From IMG/VR virus record IMGVR_UViG_3300012664_000303, positions 1 to 31,363 of that record: a stretch of 31,363 bases of DNA, one strand, 5' to 3'. The stretch's first letter is position 1; each line of letters begins with the position of its first letter. Below the pieces are notes generated by a model, which did not search any database, was not told the DNA's origin, and was given only the letters and a program-made list of their open reading frames with translations. Below, piece by piece: positions 23,342-31,280 of this stretch. The translations under genes and the position numbers were made by a program. Source of the DNA: a virus. Lineage: Duplodnaviria > Caudoviricetes.

Positions 23342-23709
23342 AATATAAACAATGGCGCATCGCTAAACGTGATGGTCAAATCATTCAACAAGTTCGAACA
23401 GTTACATCTAGAGTAACTAATGCAAAATGGTGGAAACCTTGGGCATACAAAGTTGAATATGATTATTCAGAATGGTTTGATGAACCACTTGAAGAGCTTT
23501 ACACATTCAGAATTGGTGATCGTGTAGAAGTAAAGCAAACTGCAGGTTTTCATAAAGGTGCAATGGGTGAAGTGAAGTTCATTGAGCCACGTGGTAGAGT
23601 TTGGGTTTTGCGAGATAATTCAGGATCACCTGTATACTATCACAACGATGAATTAAAATTGATTTGGCGTACACCACAGCATGTACAGCAAACAATTAAC
23701 GATGTATAA
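23338..23709 (+). CDS. Hypothetical protein, SH3/KOW-like C-terminus
   Basis: FRIGDRVEV...GAMGEV. Confidence 0.7.
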   Translation: MKYKQWRIAKRDGQIIQQVRTVTSRVTNAKWWKPWAYKVEYDYSEWFDEPLEELYTFRIGDRVEVKQTAGFHKGAMGEVKFIEPRGRVWVLRDNSGSPVYYHNDELKLIWRTPQHVQQTINDV

Positions 23710-23710
23710 T
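23682..23710 (+). promoter_or_regulatory. Early-type promoter
   Basis: TGTACA-N17-TATAAT. Confidence 0.7.
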
Positions 23711-23737
23711 AGAACTCTGTGAGTGATTGGATAAAAT

Positions 23738-24004
23738 ATGAATGAACAACTAGGTGAAATCATGGACATCACACAAGAAGAGTGTGCTGAGGTGATTCAA
23801 GCGATTAGTAAGATTAGACGATTTGGTCTAACGAGTGTGCATAACGGCGAAAGCAATCAGGCACATCTTGAGGAAGAGATCGGTGATTTGGTGTGTATGA
23901 TCGATCTAATGATTGAACATAACATGATTGACAAAATCTCTGTTGTAGAGGCATCTAAACGTAAACGTGCTAAACTTGCACAATGGTCAGGAATTGAAGT
24001 ATGA
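23738..24004 (+). CDS. MazG-like NTP pyrophosphohydrolase
   Basis: EECAEVIQAISK...LEEEIGDL. Confidence 0.85.
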   Translation: MNEQLGEIMDITQEECAEVIQAISKIRRFGLTSVHNGESNQAHLEEEIGDLVCMIDLMIEHNMIDKISVVEASKRKRAKLAQWSGIEV

Positions 24005-24216
24005 GTAATGACAAGAAAGATTATGAGATCGTATTTGCACCTGGTTGCTTCGATCAGTTTGATGGTACACAAGAGGAACTCGATGAGTTGATCGCTGAGA
24101 TCCATCGAAAGTTCAAGAGCGGTGAGGCATTCGATGAGGCAATCCCATTGACCGAAGAAGGTTCACAGGAAATCGCAGAATTCTTGGAGCGTGCTGAGAC
24201 ACGAAAACTACAATGA
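24001..24216 (+). CDS. Hypothetical acidic protein
   Basis: FAPGCFDQFDGTQEELD; ATGA overlap. Confidence 0.8.
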   Translation: MSNDKKDYEIVFAPGCFDQFDGTQEELDELIAEIHRKFKSGEAFDEAIPLTEEGSQEIAEFLERAETRKLQ

Positions 24217-24362
24217 GTCCATTAACACTATTGACGATTCTATTGATCGTTGTTAAATTAGCAGATTGGATCACCGTATCATGGTGGATTGTATTCGCAC
24301 CTGTTATTTTGCAATTGGTACTATTGGTATTGGTTGTGGCATGGGTGGCATTAAAGGCATAA
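24213..24362 (+). CDS. Small membrane protein (49 aa, not in ORF track)
   Basis: LTILLIVVKL..WI.VSWWIVFAP. Confidence 0.75.
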   Translation: MSPLTLLTILLIVVKLADWITVSWWIVFAPVILQLVLLVLVVAWVALKA

Positions 24363-24363
24363 C

Positions 24364-24609
24364 ATGGGTATCATCACTGATTACTTCAATCGCATTGGTT
24401 ACAAATCAACGTATGACATTGGTGATCGTGTAACAGGCAAATGGAATAAGATCCCATTCTGTGGTACTGTTGGCAATGATACACTCATCAACAACGAAGA
24501 AGGTCCACGCATTACGATTCACTTGGATCTTCCAATCAAATTCAAAGATAAAGTGTACAACATAATCATTGTTAAACACAAAGACATTAAGAAACTAAAA
24601 TCATCATGA
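24364..24609 (+). CDS. Hypothetical protein
   Basis: ORF chain. Confidence 0.8.
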   Translation: MGIITDYFNRIGYKSTYDIGDRVTGKWNKIPFCGTVGNDTLINNEEGPRITIHLDLPIKFKDKVYNIIIVKHKDIKKLKSS

Positions 24610-25055
24610 TGACACATACAATTAAACGAGATTCTTGGCACTTCAAGTTGCAAAACTTTGGTGCTGCTGATCATTATTACGGCAATAAAGAGACCGACAT
24701 TTGTACATACACACGTCGTGTCATTCGCGGTGCATCACTATTCCTATTAGTATGTTCACTTGCATTGTTTGGTGGTTATTGTGTTGGTGACTTCATGTAT
24801 TGGCTCTACACATGCCTGATGTATGGTCATATTGAAATGACATTAGGCGCATTCATGACAGTTACCGTTTTAGGTATGACAGCATGTGGATTGGTGGCTG
24901 CAGCAATGCTGTATACTCATAACAAGTACGAAGAATACAAGTATGCGAAGATGGAATCATGTGGTCATGTTGAACCAGAGCCATCATTCATGCAATTGGC
25001 ATATCGCAAGTTTAAAGACAAAACATGTTTCAAATTGAAAGTTACAGATGAGTAG
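24606..25055 (+). CDS. Hypothetical membrane protein
   Basis: Two TM segments. Confidence 0.8.
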   Translation: MMTHTIKRDSWHFKLQNFGAADHYYGNKETDICTYTRRVIRGASLFLLVCSLALFGGYCVGDFMYWLYTCLMYGHIEMTLGAFMTVTVLGMTACGLVAAAMLYTHNKYEEYKYAKMESCGHVEPEPSFMQLAYRKFKDKTCFKLKVTDE

Positions 25056-25374
25056 AGAATACGCACCAGATCGATGGCAAATTGTGTGCATCAAAGGATC
25101 TGAAGGTGAAGCATGTAAAGTCCTCGGTTCATGGTACGGTGGTTATGCAGGTTCAGATTCATGGAGATTGTCAAGCGGCATCACCAAGATCACTGAATCA
25201 GATATGTGTTACACAGTATTGAACGAGAGCGGATCAATGTACACACTCTATAAAGGTTCACAAGGCATGAGTGGATACACACATAGCATTTACCAATCAT
25301 TGAAATCACAAGAGACTGAGACGCTCACAATCAACGTGATCGATATCGCTGACATTACACAGAAGTTTGCATAA
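25048..25374 (+). CDS. Hypothetical phage protein
   Basis: Y.PDRW...KVLGSWYGGYAGSDSWRLSSGI. Confidence 0.85.
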   Translation: MSREYAPDRWQIVCIKGSEGEACKVLGSWYGGYAGSDSWRLSSGITKITESDMCYTVLNESGSMYTLYKGSQGMSGYTHSIYQSLKSQETETLTINVIDIADITQKFA

Positions 25375-25574
25375 TGTACATCATTCTATCAACAAAGATC
25401 ATGCTCACGTTTATCTTGGTGACATACTCAGGTGTGTTCATTGGTAACTTCATTTGGGATCGCAATACTAAGCTCATGCCATGGTCATTCAAACTTCCAT
25501 TGGGGTTAGTCGCTATTGGTATGTTATTGTCCATTTTTAATTTTGTTTTAGCAGTTATTTGGGGATTGGTATGA
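25374..25574 (+). CDS. Small membrane protein
   Basis: Two TMs; TAATG overlap. Confidence 0.7.
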   Translation: MYIILSTKIMLTFILVTYSGVFIGNFIWDRNTKLMPWSFKLPLGLVAIGMLLSIFNFVLAVIWGLV

Positions 25575-25765
25575 GTAAGCAACAGAAAGCCAACTATGTA
25601 GTGGCTCATCGTTGGGAAGATAGCGAAGCAATTGGTTGCTATGCATATTTTAGTGAAGTGCATTTCGGCACAGTGGATGAAGCACGACAATTTAAGAATT
25701 ATGTGAAGAGTAAACGTCCTGAGCGTGATTGGAAAATCTTTCAAGTAGTGGAGACAGAATTATGA
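25571..25765 (+). CDS. Hypothetical protein
   Basis: ATGA overlap. Confidence 0.7.
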   Translation: MSKQQKANYVVAHRWEDSEAIGCYAYFSEVHFGTVDEARQFKNYVKSKRPERDWKIFQVVETEL

Positions 25766-26109
25766 TGAATATGCAATGCACACGATGCGGTTATGATTAT
25801 AGCAACTCAGGTGATTCAGCACATGTATGTTTTCCAATCAATGTGAAGCCATCAAAACATGAGATCGAACTTGGCCGATTGACCAAGAAGATGAATAAGA
25901 TTAAAGACCAACGTGATAAAGCACGTCATGAGTTGGCTCAATATAAAACTGTATTGCGTGATTTGCCAAACTTGCAACGTCGTTATGACGAGTATCAAAA
26001 ATGGAAGAAAGAACAAGAAACTATGCGTTCATTGATGACACGCGTCAATGAGCAATCATTGTTAATTGAGCGCTTACAGAAAGAACTCAATGCAAGGCCA
26101 CAACTTTAA
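25762..26109 (+). CDS. Hypothetical protein (CxxC plus coiled coil)
   Basis: ATGA overlap. Confidence 0.7.
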   Translation: MMNMQCTRCGYDYSNSGDSAHVCFPINVKPSKHEIELGRLTKKMNKIKDQRDKARHELAQYKTVLRDLPNLQRRYDEYQKWKKEQETMRSLMTRVNEQSLLIERLQKELNARPQL

Positions 26110-26266
26110 CAGAACGCTCAATGCGAAAGGCATGTTCATCTATTGTGGCAAGTGCGGACTAATTAGATTAGGCAATCGTGCCACTCAAAAAGCAATTGCT
26201 AAACCATGTGGTGGTTTACGAGACCTTGATGATGAACAATACTTGAAACTTAAAGGACATAAATGA
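26090..26266 (+). CDS. Small Cys/His protein
   Basis: H...CGKCG...C. Confidence 0.65.
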   Translation: MQGHNFNRTLNAKGMFIYCGKCGLIRLGNRATQKAIAKPCGGLRDLDDEQYLKLKGHK

Positions 26267-26490
26267 CAGTGCCAATCGAACGCAAGAATGCTGTGGTCCA
26301 CACAGAGAAATTCTTGCTTGACTTAGTGAATCCAAAGGTGACACCACGTGTACCAAAGGCAGTGAGAGAAGAGGCACATAGATTGCTTCGCCACTATCCA
26401 TCACAATTTGATATGGATACGATCGCTGCTCGAGAGGATGGACGTAATGAGGTTGTTCGACACAAAGTATTTGGGAATGATTACAAATGA
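26263..26490 (+). CDS. BPSL0761-family-like protein
   Basis: MT.P.ER..AV....FLLDL...TPRVPKAVR..A..LLRHYP. Confidence 0.75.
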   Translation: MTVPIERKNAVVHTEKFLLDLVNPKVTPRVPKAVREEAHRLLRHYPSQFDMDTIAAREDGRNEVVRHKVFGNDYK

Positions 26491-26642
26491 AATTCTTAAT
26501 GATCATGGCATATAATCTAACACTGATTGCTGGAACCACATGGTTGGTAGCAGAACGTGGATGGTCTATGTGGACATATTTGTTGTGTATGCTGTTCATG
26601 TTACATTTTTCGAAAGCAAAAGATGACACAACAACTGCATGA
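26487..26642 (+). CDS. Small membrane protein (51 aa, not in ORF track)
   Basis: ATGA overlap; hydrophobic. Confidence 0.65.
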   Translation: MKFLMIMAYNLTLIAGTTWLVAERGWSMWTYLLCMLFMLHFSKAKDDTTTA

Positions 26643-26901
26643 GGATCTAGTCAATCGGCTACACACACGTGCTCAGATTCGACGTAACATTAGCACACGC
26701 AAATCGGTGCAAGAAGGCAAGCCTGATCGCATCGCTGATTTGTTAGAAGAAGCAGCATATGTGATCGAAGAACTACGCGTTGCATATCATCCAAAATACG
26801 ATACGTATTTTTATCCATCAACTGGTGAATGGGTCGAACCAAAATGTTGTGATCCAAACTGTGAATATTGTGTGCCGAGACCATCTAACGCATACGATTA
26901 A
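26623..26901 (+). CDS. Hypothetical protein
   Basis: RKSVQEGKPDRIADLLEEAA plus C-terminal CCDPNCEYC. Confidence 0.75.
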   Translation: MTQQLHEDLVNRLHTRAQIRRNISTRKSVQEGKPDRIADLLEEAAYVIEELRVAYHPKYDTYFYPSTGEWVEPKCCDPNCEYCVPRPSNAYD

Positions 26902-26923
26902 ACCAGAAACAAAAGTATTCAAA

Positions 26924-27001
26924 ACCTAAGTGTGTCAAAAAAGATACACTTAGGTTTTTTTTCGCAAAAAGCATGTACAATTGCATGCAGTGCTGTATAA
27001 T
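26924..27001 (+). promoter_or_regulatory. Hairpin plus early promoter cassette (repeat family 1)
   Basis: ACCTAAGTGTGTC-AAAAA-GATACACTTAGGT followed by a T run, then TTCGCAAAAAGCATGTACA-N16-TATAAT. Confidence 0.75.
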
Positions 27002-27032
27002 AGATCCATCGAACGAACAAAAGGACAATACA

Positions 27033-27422
27033 ATGTACTCATTCCAACCACTCGCTGATATTCCTGTTGATCACACAGGCTTTGGCATCATCTTCGGCCT
27101 TTGCTGCTTCATCACTATCATCGTATTGATGAATGAGTCAGAACTGTTTTTCCAATGGTTCTTCGTTGCTACTGTCACATGCATCGGTGCTTACTTTGTA
27201 TCATATAGTTGGACTGACCAAACACCAAAGACTTTTAAAAATGAGAAGGTTGTTGGTGAATTTGTTGGTTATGAGTCAGAAGGTTACAAAGAGCGTAGCG
27301 GTAAGTCATATGTTGACAAGCATTTTACTTACATCATCTACAAAGTTGATGGTGGCAACGTGATGCTTCCATGTAAGACAGGCGTTGTGTATCCACAATC
27401 AGTGACATTGTACAAGAATTAA
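27033..27422 (+). CDS. Hypothetical membrane protein
   Basis: AAGGA RBS; two TMs. Confidence 0.8.
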   Translation: MYSFQPLADIPVDHTGFGIIFGLCCFITIIVLMNESELFFQWFFVATVTCIGAYFVSYSWTDQTPKTFKNEKVVGEFVGYESEGYKERSGKSYVDKHFTYIIYKVDGGNVMLPCKTGVVYPQSVTLYKN

Positions 27423-27476
27423 TAGTCCTACAAAACGGTAGACTACTATGTACAAATGCCCGCAGCATGGTATAAT
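27421..27476 (+). repeat. Stem-loop/promoter cassette (family 2, short form)
   Basis: AATAGTCCTAC-N6-GTAGACTACTATGTACA-N16-TATAAT. Confidence 0.8.
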
Positions 27477-27505
27477 AGAACCATCGAACGAACAAAGGAA
27501 CTAAA

Positions 27506-27715
27506 ATGGCAACATTGACTTGGTGGTACGCAGAATGTTTAGATGATGCAGATGCATACTCTATTGTAGCTAAGACAAAGAAGGACGCAGTTGCTCAACG
27601 CAATGAACGTGGTGCTGATCGATTCGCAGAACCAGTACGTAAAACTTTTGTCTACAAAGATGCATTTGATTTGTTTGAGTATGCCACAGGCGAGGGTGGT
27701 GGAAGAGGTATGTAA
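27506..27715 (+). CDS. Hypothetical protein
   Basis: AAGGA RBS. Confidence 0.8.
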   Translation: MATLTWWYAECLDDADAYSIVAKTKKDAVAQRNERGADRFAEPVRKTFVYKDAFDLFEYATGEGGGRGM

Positions 27716-27770
27716 TAGTCCTACATTTTAGTAGACTACTATGTACATAGCATGCAAACTGCGGTATAAT
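27714..27770 (+). repeat. Stem-loop/promoter cassette (family 2, short form)
   Basis: Same arms as the 27421 copy with a different loop. Confidence 0.8.
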
Positions 27771-27802
27771 TGATCCAACACACAAACAAAGGAACTTACC
27801 AA

Positions 27803-28099
27803 ATGGCTAAAATCACTAAAGCAACATTCAAGTCTTTCGTTAAAAAGAATCGTGCAAACTTGGTCATTCGTGTCAAGTCAAAGTTTGATGGCATGTCAGA
27901 TATGTGTGAAGCAACTGGTGAGACATCATTCACATCAGTTCTCGAAGCTGATCGTGCATTCGACAACAATCTCGGCATTCAAGGTGTATGGTTGGTTGGC
28001 ACAGGCGGTGATTATTTCACAGCGTATGAACAAAATGGTGTTAAAGGTATCGAGGTCTATAATTGTTGCGGTCAATTCGTGGTAGGAGTCAAAGCTTAA
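27803..28099 (+). CDS. Hypothetical phage protein
   Basis: AAGGA RBS; MAKITKATFKSF...VYNCCG. Confidence 0.8.
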   Translation: MAKITKATFKSFVKKNRANLVIRVKSKFDGMSDMCEATGETSFTSVLEADRAFDNNLGIQGVWLVGTGGDYFTAYEQNGVKGIEVYNCCGQFVVGVKA

Positions 28100-28248
28100 T
28101 GTACACAGTCATCTTTGCATCTGGTCGTATCATGACATTCCACGTCAAAGCTGTCGCTGAGATGTATGCTAACACAATGGAATCTAAACGTGGTCACCTC
28201 ATCACACCTGAGATGGTCAAAACTTTTGAAAGAATGGCAGTAAAGTAA
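28099..28248 (+). CDS. Small hypothetical protein
   Basis: TAATG overlap. Confidence 0.65.
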   Translation: MYTVIFASGRIMTFHVKAVAEMYANTMESKRGHLITPEMVKTFERMAVK

Positions 28249-28249
28249 T

Positions 28250-28405
28250 ATGTTCACATTTTTGTATTCAATGATGGGACTTCTAGTCTTGATCGAGATA
28301 TGCTTCATCGTATGGTTCGTTAAGAAGTCAAATGAATCAGACGAGTTGTATAGGAAGTCCCTTCGCGAAGTCTTTGAGAGGAAGCAGAATGAACGAACGA
28401 ATTAA
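28250..28405 (+). CDS. Small membrane protein (51 aa, not in ORF track)
   Basis: MFTFLYSMMGLLVLIEICFIVWFVKK... Confidence 0.6.
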   Translation: MFTFLYSMMGLLVLIEICFIVWFVKKSNESDELYRKSLREVFERKQNERTN

Positions 28406-28619
28406 AGAACTTTATTTGCAGGCGGTTGAATATTCAAACGGTCAAATGACATTTGGCGACACACGTGAATTTTTTGCTGAAAAGTTCGCAGAGTTGATTA
28501 TCACCGAATGTATGGCACAATGTACTAAGGTCGAAGAAGATGACGAATTGTGTGGTGTGAGTGATGGTGCTTTATTGTGTCGTGAAGAAATCAAAGAACA
28601 TTTTGGAGTTGAAGAATGA
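28389..28619 (+). CDS. MNERI...FAELI...KEHFG.EE paralog 2
   Basis: GAGG RBS; shared motifs. Confidence 0.8.
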   Translation: MNERIKELYLQAVEYSNGQMTFGDTREFFAEKFAELIITECMAQCTKVEEDDELCGVSDGALLCREEIKEHFGVEE

Positions 28620-28825
28620 ACGAACGAATTCAACAACTTGATAAGCAGGCTAAACTCTGGGCGATGGATAATACTAATTTTCCGATATCGTCTCATATTC
28701 CTGCTGGTTATACAGAAAAGTTCGCTAAGTTGATTGTGACAGAAGTAACTAATATTGTGTTACACTATACCAATGTTGACGAAGGTGTAGCAGTAGCTAA
28801 GAAACATTTCGGAATTGAAGAATGA
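28616..28825 (+). CDS. MNERI...FAKLIV...KKHFG.EE paralog 3
   Basis: Tandem with paralog 2; ATGA overlap. Confidence 0.8.
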   Translation: MNERIQQLDKQAKLWAMDNTNFPISSHIPAGYTEKFAKLIVTEVTNIVLHYTNVDEGVAVAKKHFGIEE

Positions 28826-28992
28826 GCGTGTTCAATCTTTTTTGGGACCTCACACAAGAGGAACGTCTATCTGAACTCGAGGATCGTGTGAAGGAACTCG
28901 AAGAACAAATGGCGATGGCAGCAAAGTGGATCAATTATTTAAAGGAACAAAGCAATGTCATTGACGCTGGACGAACTGAGACAAATACGTGA
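28822..28992 (+). CDS. Small coiled-coil protein (56 aa, not in ORF track)
   Basis: ATGA overlap; MSVFNLFWDLTQEERLSELEDRV. Confidence 0.65.
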   Translation: MSVFNLFWDLTQEERLSELEDRVKELEEQMAMAAKWINYLKEQSNVIDAGRTETNT

Positions 28993-29206
28993 GTCTCTTC
29001 GTGAACTCGTGGCTGATCCACAGATTGATTTTGGTCCAGCATATGAAGGTGCTAAGCAACGGCAAATTGCAGCGCTCAAACTGTTGAACAAAGGCATTCG
29101 TCATCTCACTCCACCAGTAGATGTGGATAAGATCATTGCATCACATGCAGATGCATTGGCCAAAGAGATTGATAAGGAAGTCCTTAATAGTCTACTGAAA
29201 CGGTAG
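28955..29206 (+). CDS. Hypothetical protein
   Basis: AAGGA RBS. Confidence 0.75.
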   Translation: MSLTLDELRQIRESLRELVADPQIDFGPAYEGAKQRQIAALKLLNKGIRHLTPPVDVDKIIASHADALAKEIDKEVLNSLLKR

Positions 29207-29252
29207 TAGAACTATTGTCCTACATGTACAAGCCTCATCCATGCTGTATAAT
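29186..29252 (+). repeat. Stem-loop/promoter cassette (family 2, long form)
   Basis: AATAGTCTAC-N10-GTAGAACTATT...TGTACA-N16-TATAAT. Confidence 0.8.
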
Positions 29253-29282
29253 TGGTCTAACAAATCAATAAAGGAACATCAA

Positions 29283-29471
29283 ATGGACATGAACACAGTT
29301 GCAGAGAATCTGCGCAATACGATCAAAGGCAAAGAGATTCTCTTGGCTAGTTTTGTGAACAGTGGAGAGCTTGGTTACGAAGTGATCAAGCACATGTTGA
29401 CAATGAACATTGATGAACTGAGACGTATCCTCGCAGATGTCGAGGCATGTATGAATAAGGATGTAGAATAA
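29283..29471 (+). CDS. Hypothetical protein
   Basis: AAGGA RBS. Confidence 0.75.
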   Translation: MDMNTVAENLRNTIKGKEILLASFVNSGELGYEVIKHMLTMNIDELRRILADVEACMNKDVE

Positions 29472-29839
29472 TGGCTCGTGAAACTAAGGCACAACGTGAA
29501 GCTCGTGAGGCAATGGAACATGCACAAGCATTGGCACAAGCAGAGGCCACATACGTTGATCGTATGATGGAAACCTTGAAGCGTGCTGTCAAGTATAATT
29601 TTGAGCTTGATGTTGCTGAGACGAATCGATTCTTGGTGACTGATCGAGATGATCCATCTGAACTTTTCTATGTGTCGCCAACATGGTCAAGGTCTGCTGA
29701 TCAGGACTTGGATGAACTTGATTTGCAAGTGGATTATAAGGTTGCAGTCGAGGAGGAACGTCAGCGCCGTGCTGCATTGCGTCAACAAGCATTGGCTAAG
29801 TTAAGCGCTGAGGAAAGGGCTGTCCTGAATCTGCAATAG
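29471..29839 (+). CDS. Hypothetical protein
   Basis: C-terminal ALAKLSAEERAVL motif. Confidence 0.8.
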   Translation: MARETKAQREAREAMEHAQALAQAEATYVDRMMETLKRAVKYNFELDVAETNRFLVTDRDDPSELFYVSPTWSRSADQDLDELDLQVDYKVAVEEERQRRAALRQQALAKLSAEERAVLNLQ

Positions 29840-29901
29840 TCTACCGTTTCGGTTGTAGTACTATTGTCTCATATGTACAAGTCTCATCCATGCTGTATAA
29901 T
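29835..29901 (+). repeat. Stem-loop/promoter cassette (family 2, long form)
   Basis: First 45 bp identical to 30597-30641. Confidence 0.85.
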
Positions 29902-29933
29902 TGATCCAACAAAACAAATAAAGGATCAACAAA

Positions 29934-30089
29934 ATGAAATACATCTTAGTCGAAGCAACATCACCAAAGGAATTGATGGTACGAGTGAATGACTTCATCG
30001 CAGAAGGTTACATCCCACAAGGTGGCATAAGCGTGGCATGTCATTACAGTGGCAGCGTTTATTACACTCAAGCAATGGTAACTAAGTGA
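29934..30089 (+). CDS. DUF1737-like small protein (51 aa, not in ORF track)
   Basis: KYILV...L..RVN..I.EGYIPQGGISV...YTQAM. Confidence 0.7.
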   Translation: MKYILVEATSPKELMVRVNDFIAEGYIPQGGISVACHYSGSVYYTQAMVTK

Positions 30090-30370
30090 ACATCATGCGT
30101 AATCCATTAGACTACATCCCTCACCTGATCGTGGCATCTATCATTGCAATGCCAGTTCTCCTCTTTGTATGTGCTATCGATCAAGGATTTGGTAGTGATG
30201 TAGTGTTGGATACGTATTCAGGTCAAAAATCAGTATGTACTCGTCAGCAGTACAACTATAGCACTAAGACTACTCAATGTGTTGAACGTGTGATGGTTGC
30301 TGCTACATGTAAGAAGATTGAGCACACTGGCCCAATCTTTGGTACATTCATTAATGAGCGTTGTGAATAA
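30086..30370 (+). CDS. Membrane-anchored Cys-containing protein
   Basis: N-terminal TM. Confidence 0.7.
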   Translation: MNIMRNPLDYIPHLIVASIIAMPVLLFVCAIDQGFGSDVVLDTYSGQKSVCTRQQYNYSTKTTQCVERVMVAATCKKIEHTGPIFGTFINERCE

Positions 30371-30379
30371 GGAGATAAT

Positions 30380-30598
30380 ATGACATTTTATGCAACAGAA
30401 CAAGAGGCGATTGCTGCTGCTCATGGGACTGAGGTCGATGAATTTGAGGGCATGAATTGTAATGACATTGGTCAAGATGAATTCTGTACAGGATGGGATG
30501 GTGAGTCTCGTCGATGTGATTGTGGCAATCGTCGTGTCCAATGGCTTGGTGTTGAGGTTGGTGAGGGCAAGTGGTTGGCCTATGCAGAGGCATATTAA
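30380..30598 (+). CDS. Hypothetical phage protein
   Basis: AAGGAG RBS; CTGWDGESRRCDCGNRRV. Confidence 0.85.
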   Translation: MTFYATEQEAIAAAHGTEVDEFEGMNCNDIGQDEFCTGWDGESRRCDCGNRRVQWLGVEVGEGKWLAYAEAY

Positions 30599-30663
30599 TA
30601 GTCTACCGTTTCGGTTGTAGTACTATTGTCTCATATGTACATTGTCCCCACTTGTTGTATAAT
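30597..30663 (+). repeat. Stem-loop/promoter cassette (family 2, long form)
   Basis: First 45 bp identical to 29835-29879. Confidence 0.85.
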
Positions 30664-30669
30664 TGACCC

Positions 30670-30837
30670 ATGCAACAAAACAAACGAATCCACTTTGGCG
30701 ATACTTGGTTCCTCCCACCCTTCCGTACACATGGACTGTGGGTTGAGGATGCAACAGGTAAGAATGTAGCTGAGGCATATAGTTATGAATTGGCTAAGGC
30801 AATGGCAGAATTATTGAACAAGGGAGCAACAAAATGA
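30670..30837 (+). CDS. Hypothetical protein (55 aa, probably leaderless, not in ORF track)
   Basis: ATG 6 nt after the -10 box; ATGA overlap with the next gene. Confidence 0.65.
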   Translation: MQQNKRIHFGDTWFLPPFRTHGLWVEDATGKNVAEAYSYELAKAMAELLNKGATK

Positions 30838-31076
30838 CAAATCGCAAATTCTTCTCCATTGAGTTGGACATCTCATCAGAATATCCAACATCTGATCTTA
30901 TGGTTGATGTATCAAAATATGGACTGATTGCTGAGTTGGTTGATCTACATGGTCCTGGTGGTGGCAATCCTGTGTATAAGTTCTTTAGCTATGATAAAGA
31001 GTCATTGCTTGCCTTCGCTGAGGAATGTGGATATGATTCAGACATTGCCCACATGTTGATTGAGGAGCTTGTATAA
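30834..31076 (+). CDS. Hypothetical protein
   Basis: GGAG RBS; GPGGGNP motif. Confidence 0.8.
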   Translation: MTNRKFFSIELDISSEYPTSDLMVDVSKYGLIAELVDLHGPGGGNPVYKFFSYDKESLLAFAEECGYDSDIAHMLIEELV

Positions 31077-31276
31077 TGAAGACAATCAAGGACATGTATT
31101 ATGTTGCCCTTGGCAATGTGCTTGACTTATTTGAGAAGGCTGACACGTATAAGGCATTTGTAGAATGGGCAGAGACGACAGATGAGGCCAATAGGTATGC
31201 TCGCCGTGCCCTCAAGTACAAAGCTAAGGCAATCGTCGAGCTTGACCGTGAGATGGATACACTAACAAAGGGATAA
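31076..31276 (+). CDS. Hypothetical protein
   Basis: GAGGAG RBS. Confidence 0.75.
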   Translation: MKTIKDMYYVALGNVLDLFEKADTYKAFVEWAETTDEANRYARRALKYKAKAIVELDREMDTLTKG

Positions 31277-31280
31277 GAAA

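Noticed and set aside
27421-30663. Repeats as a CRISPR array or integron attC sites
   Set aside because: Spacing is hundreds of bp and irregular, each repeat contains a promoter, and there are no cas or integrase genes or GTTRRRY core sites.
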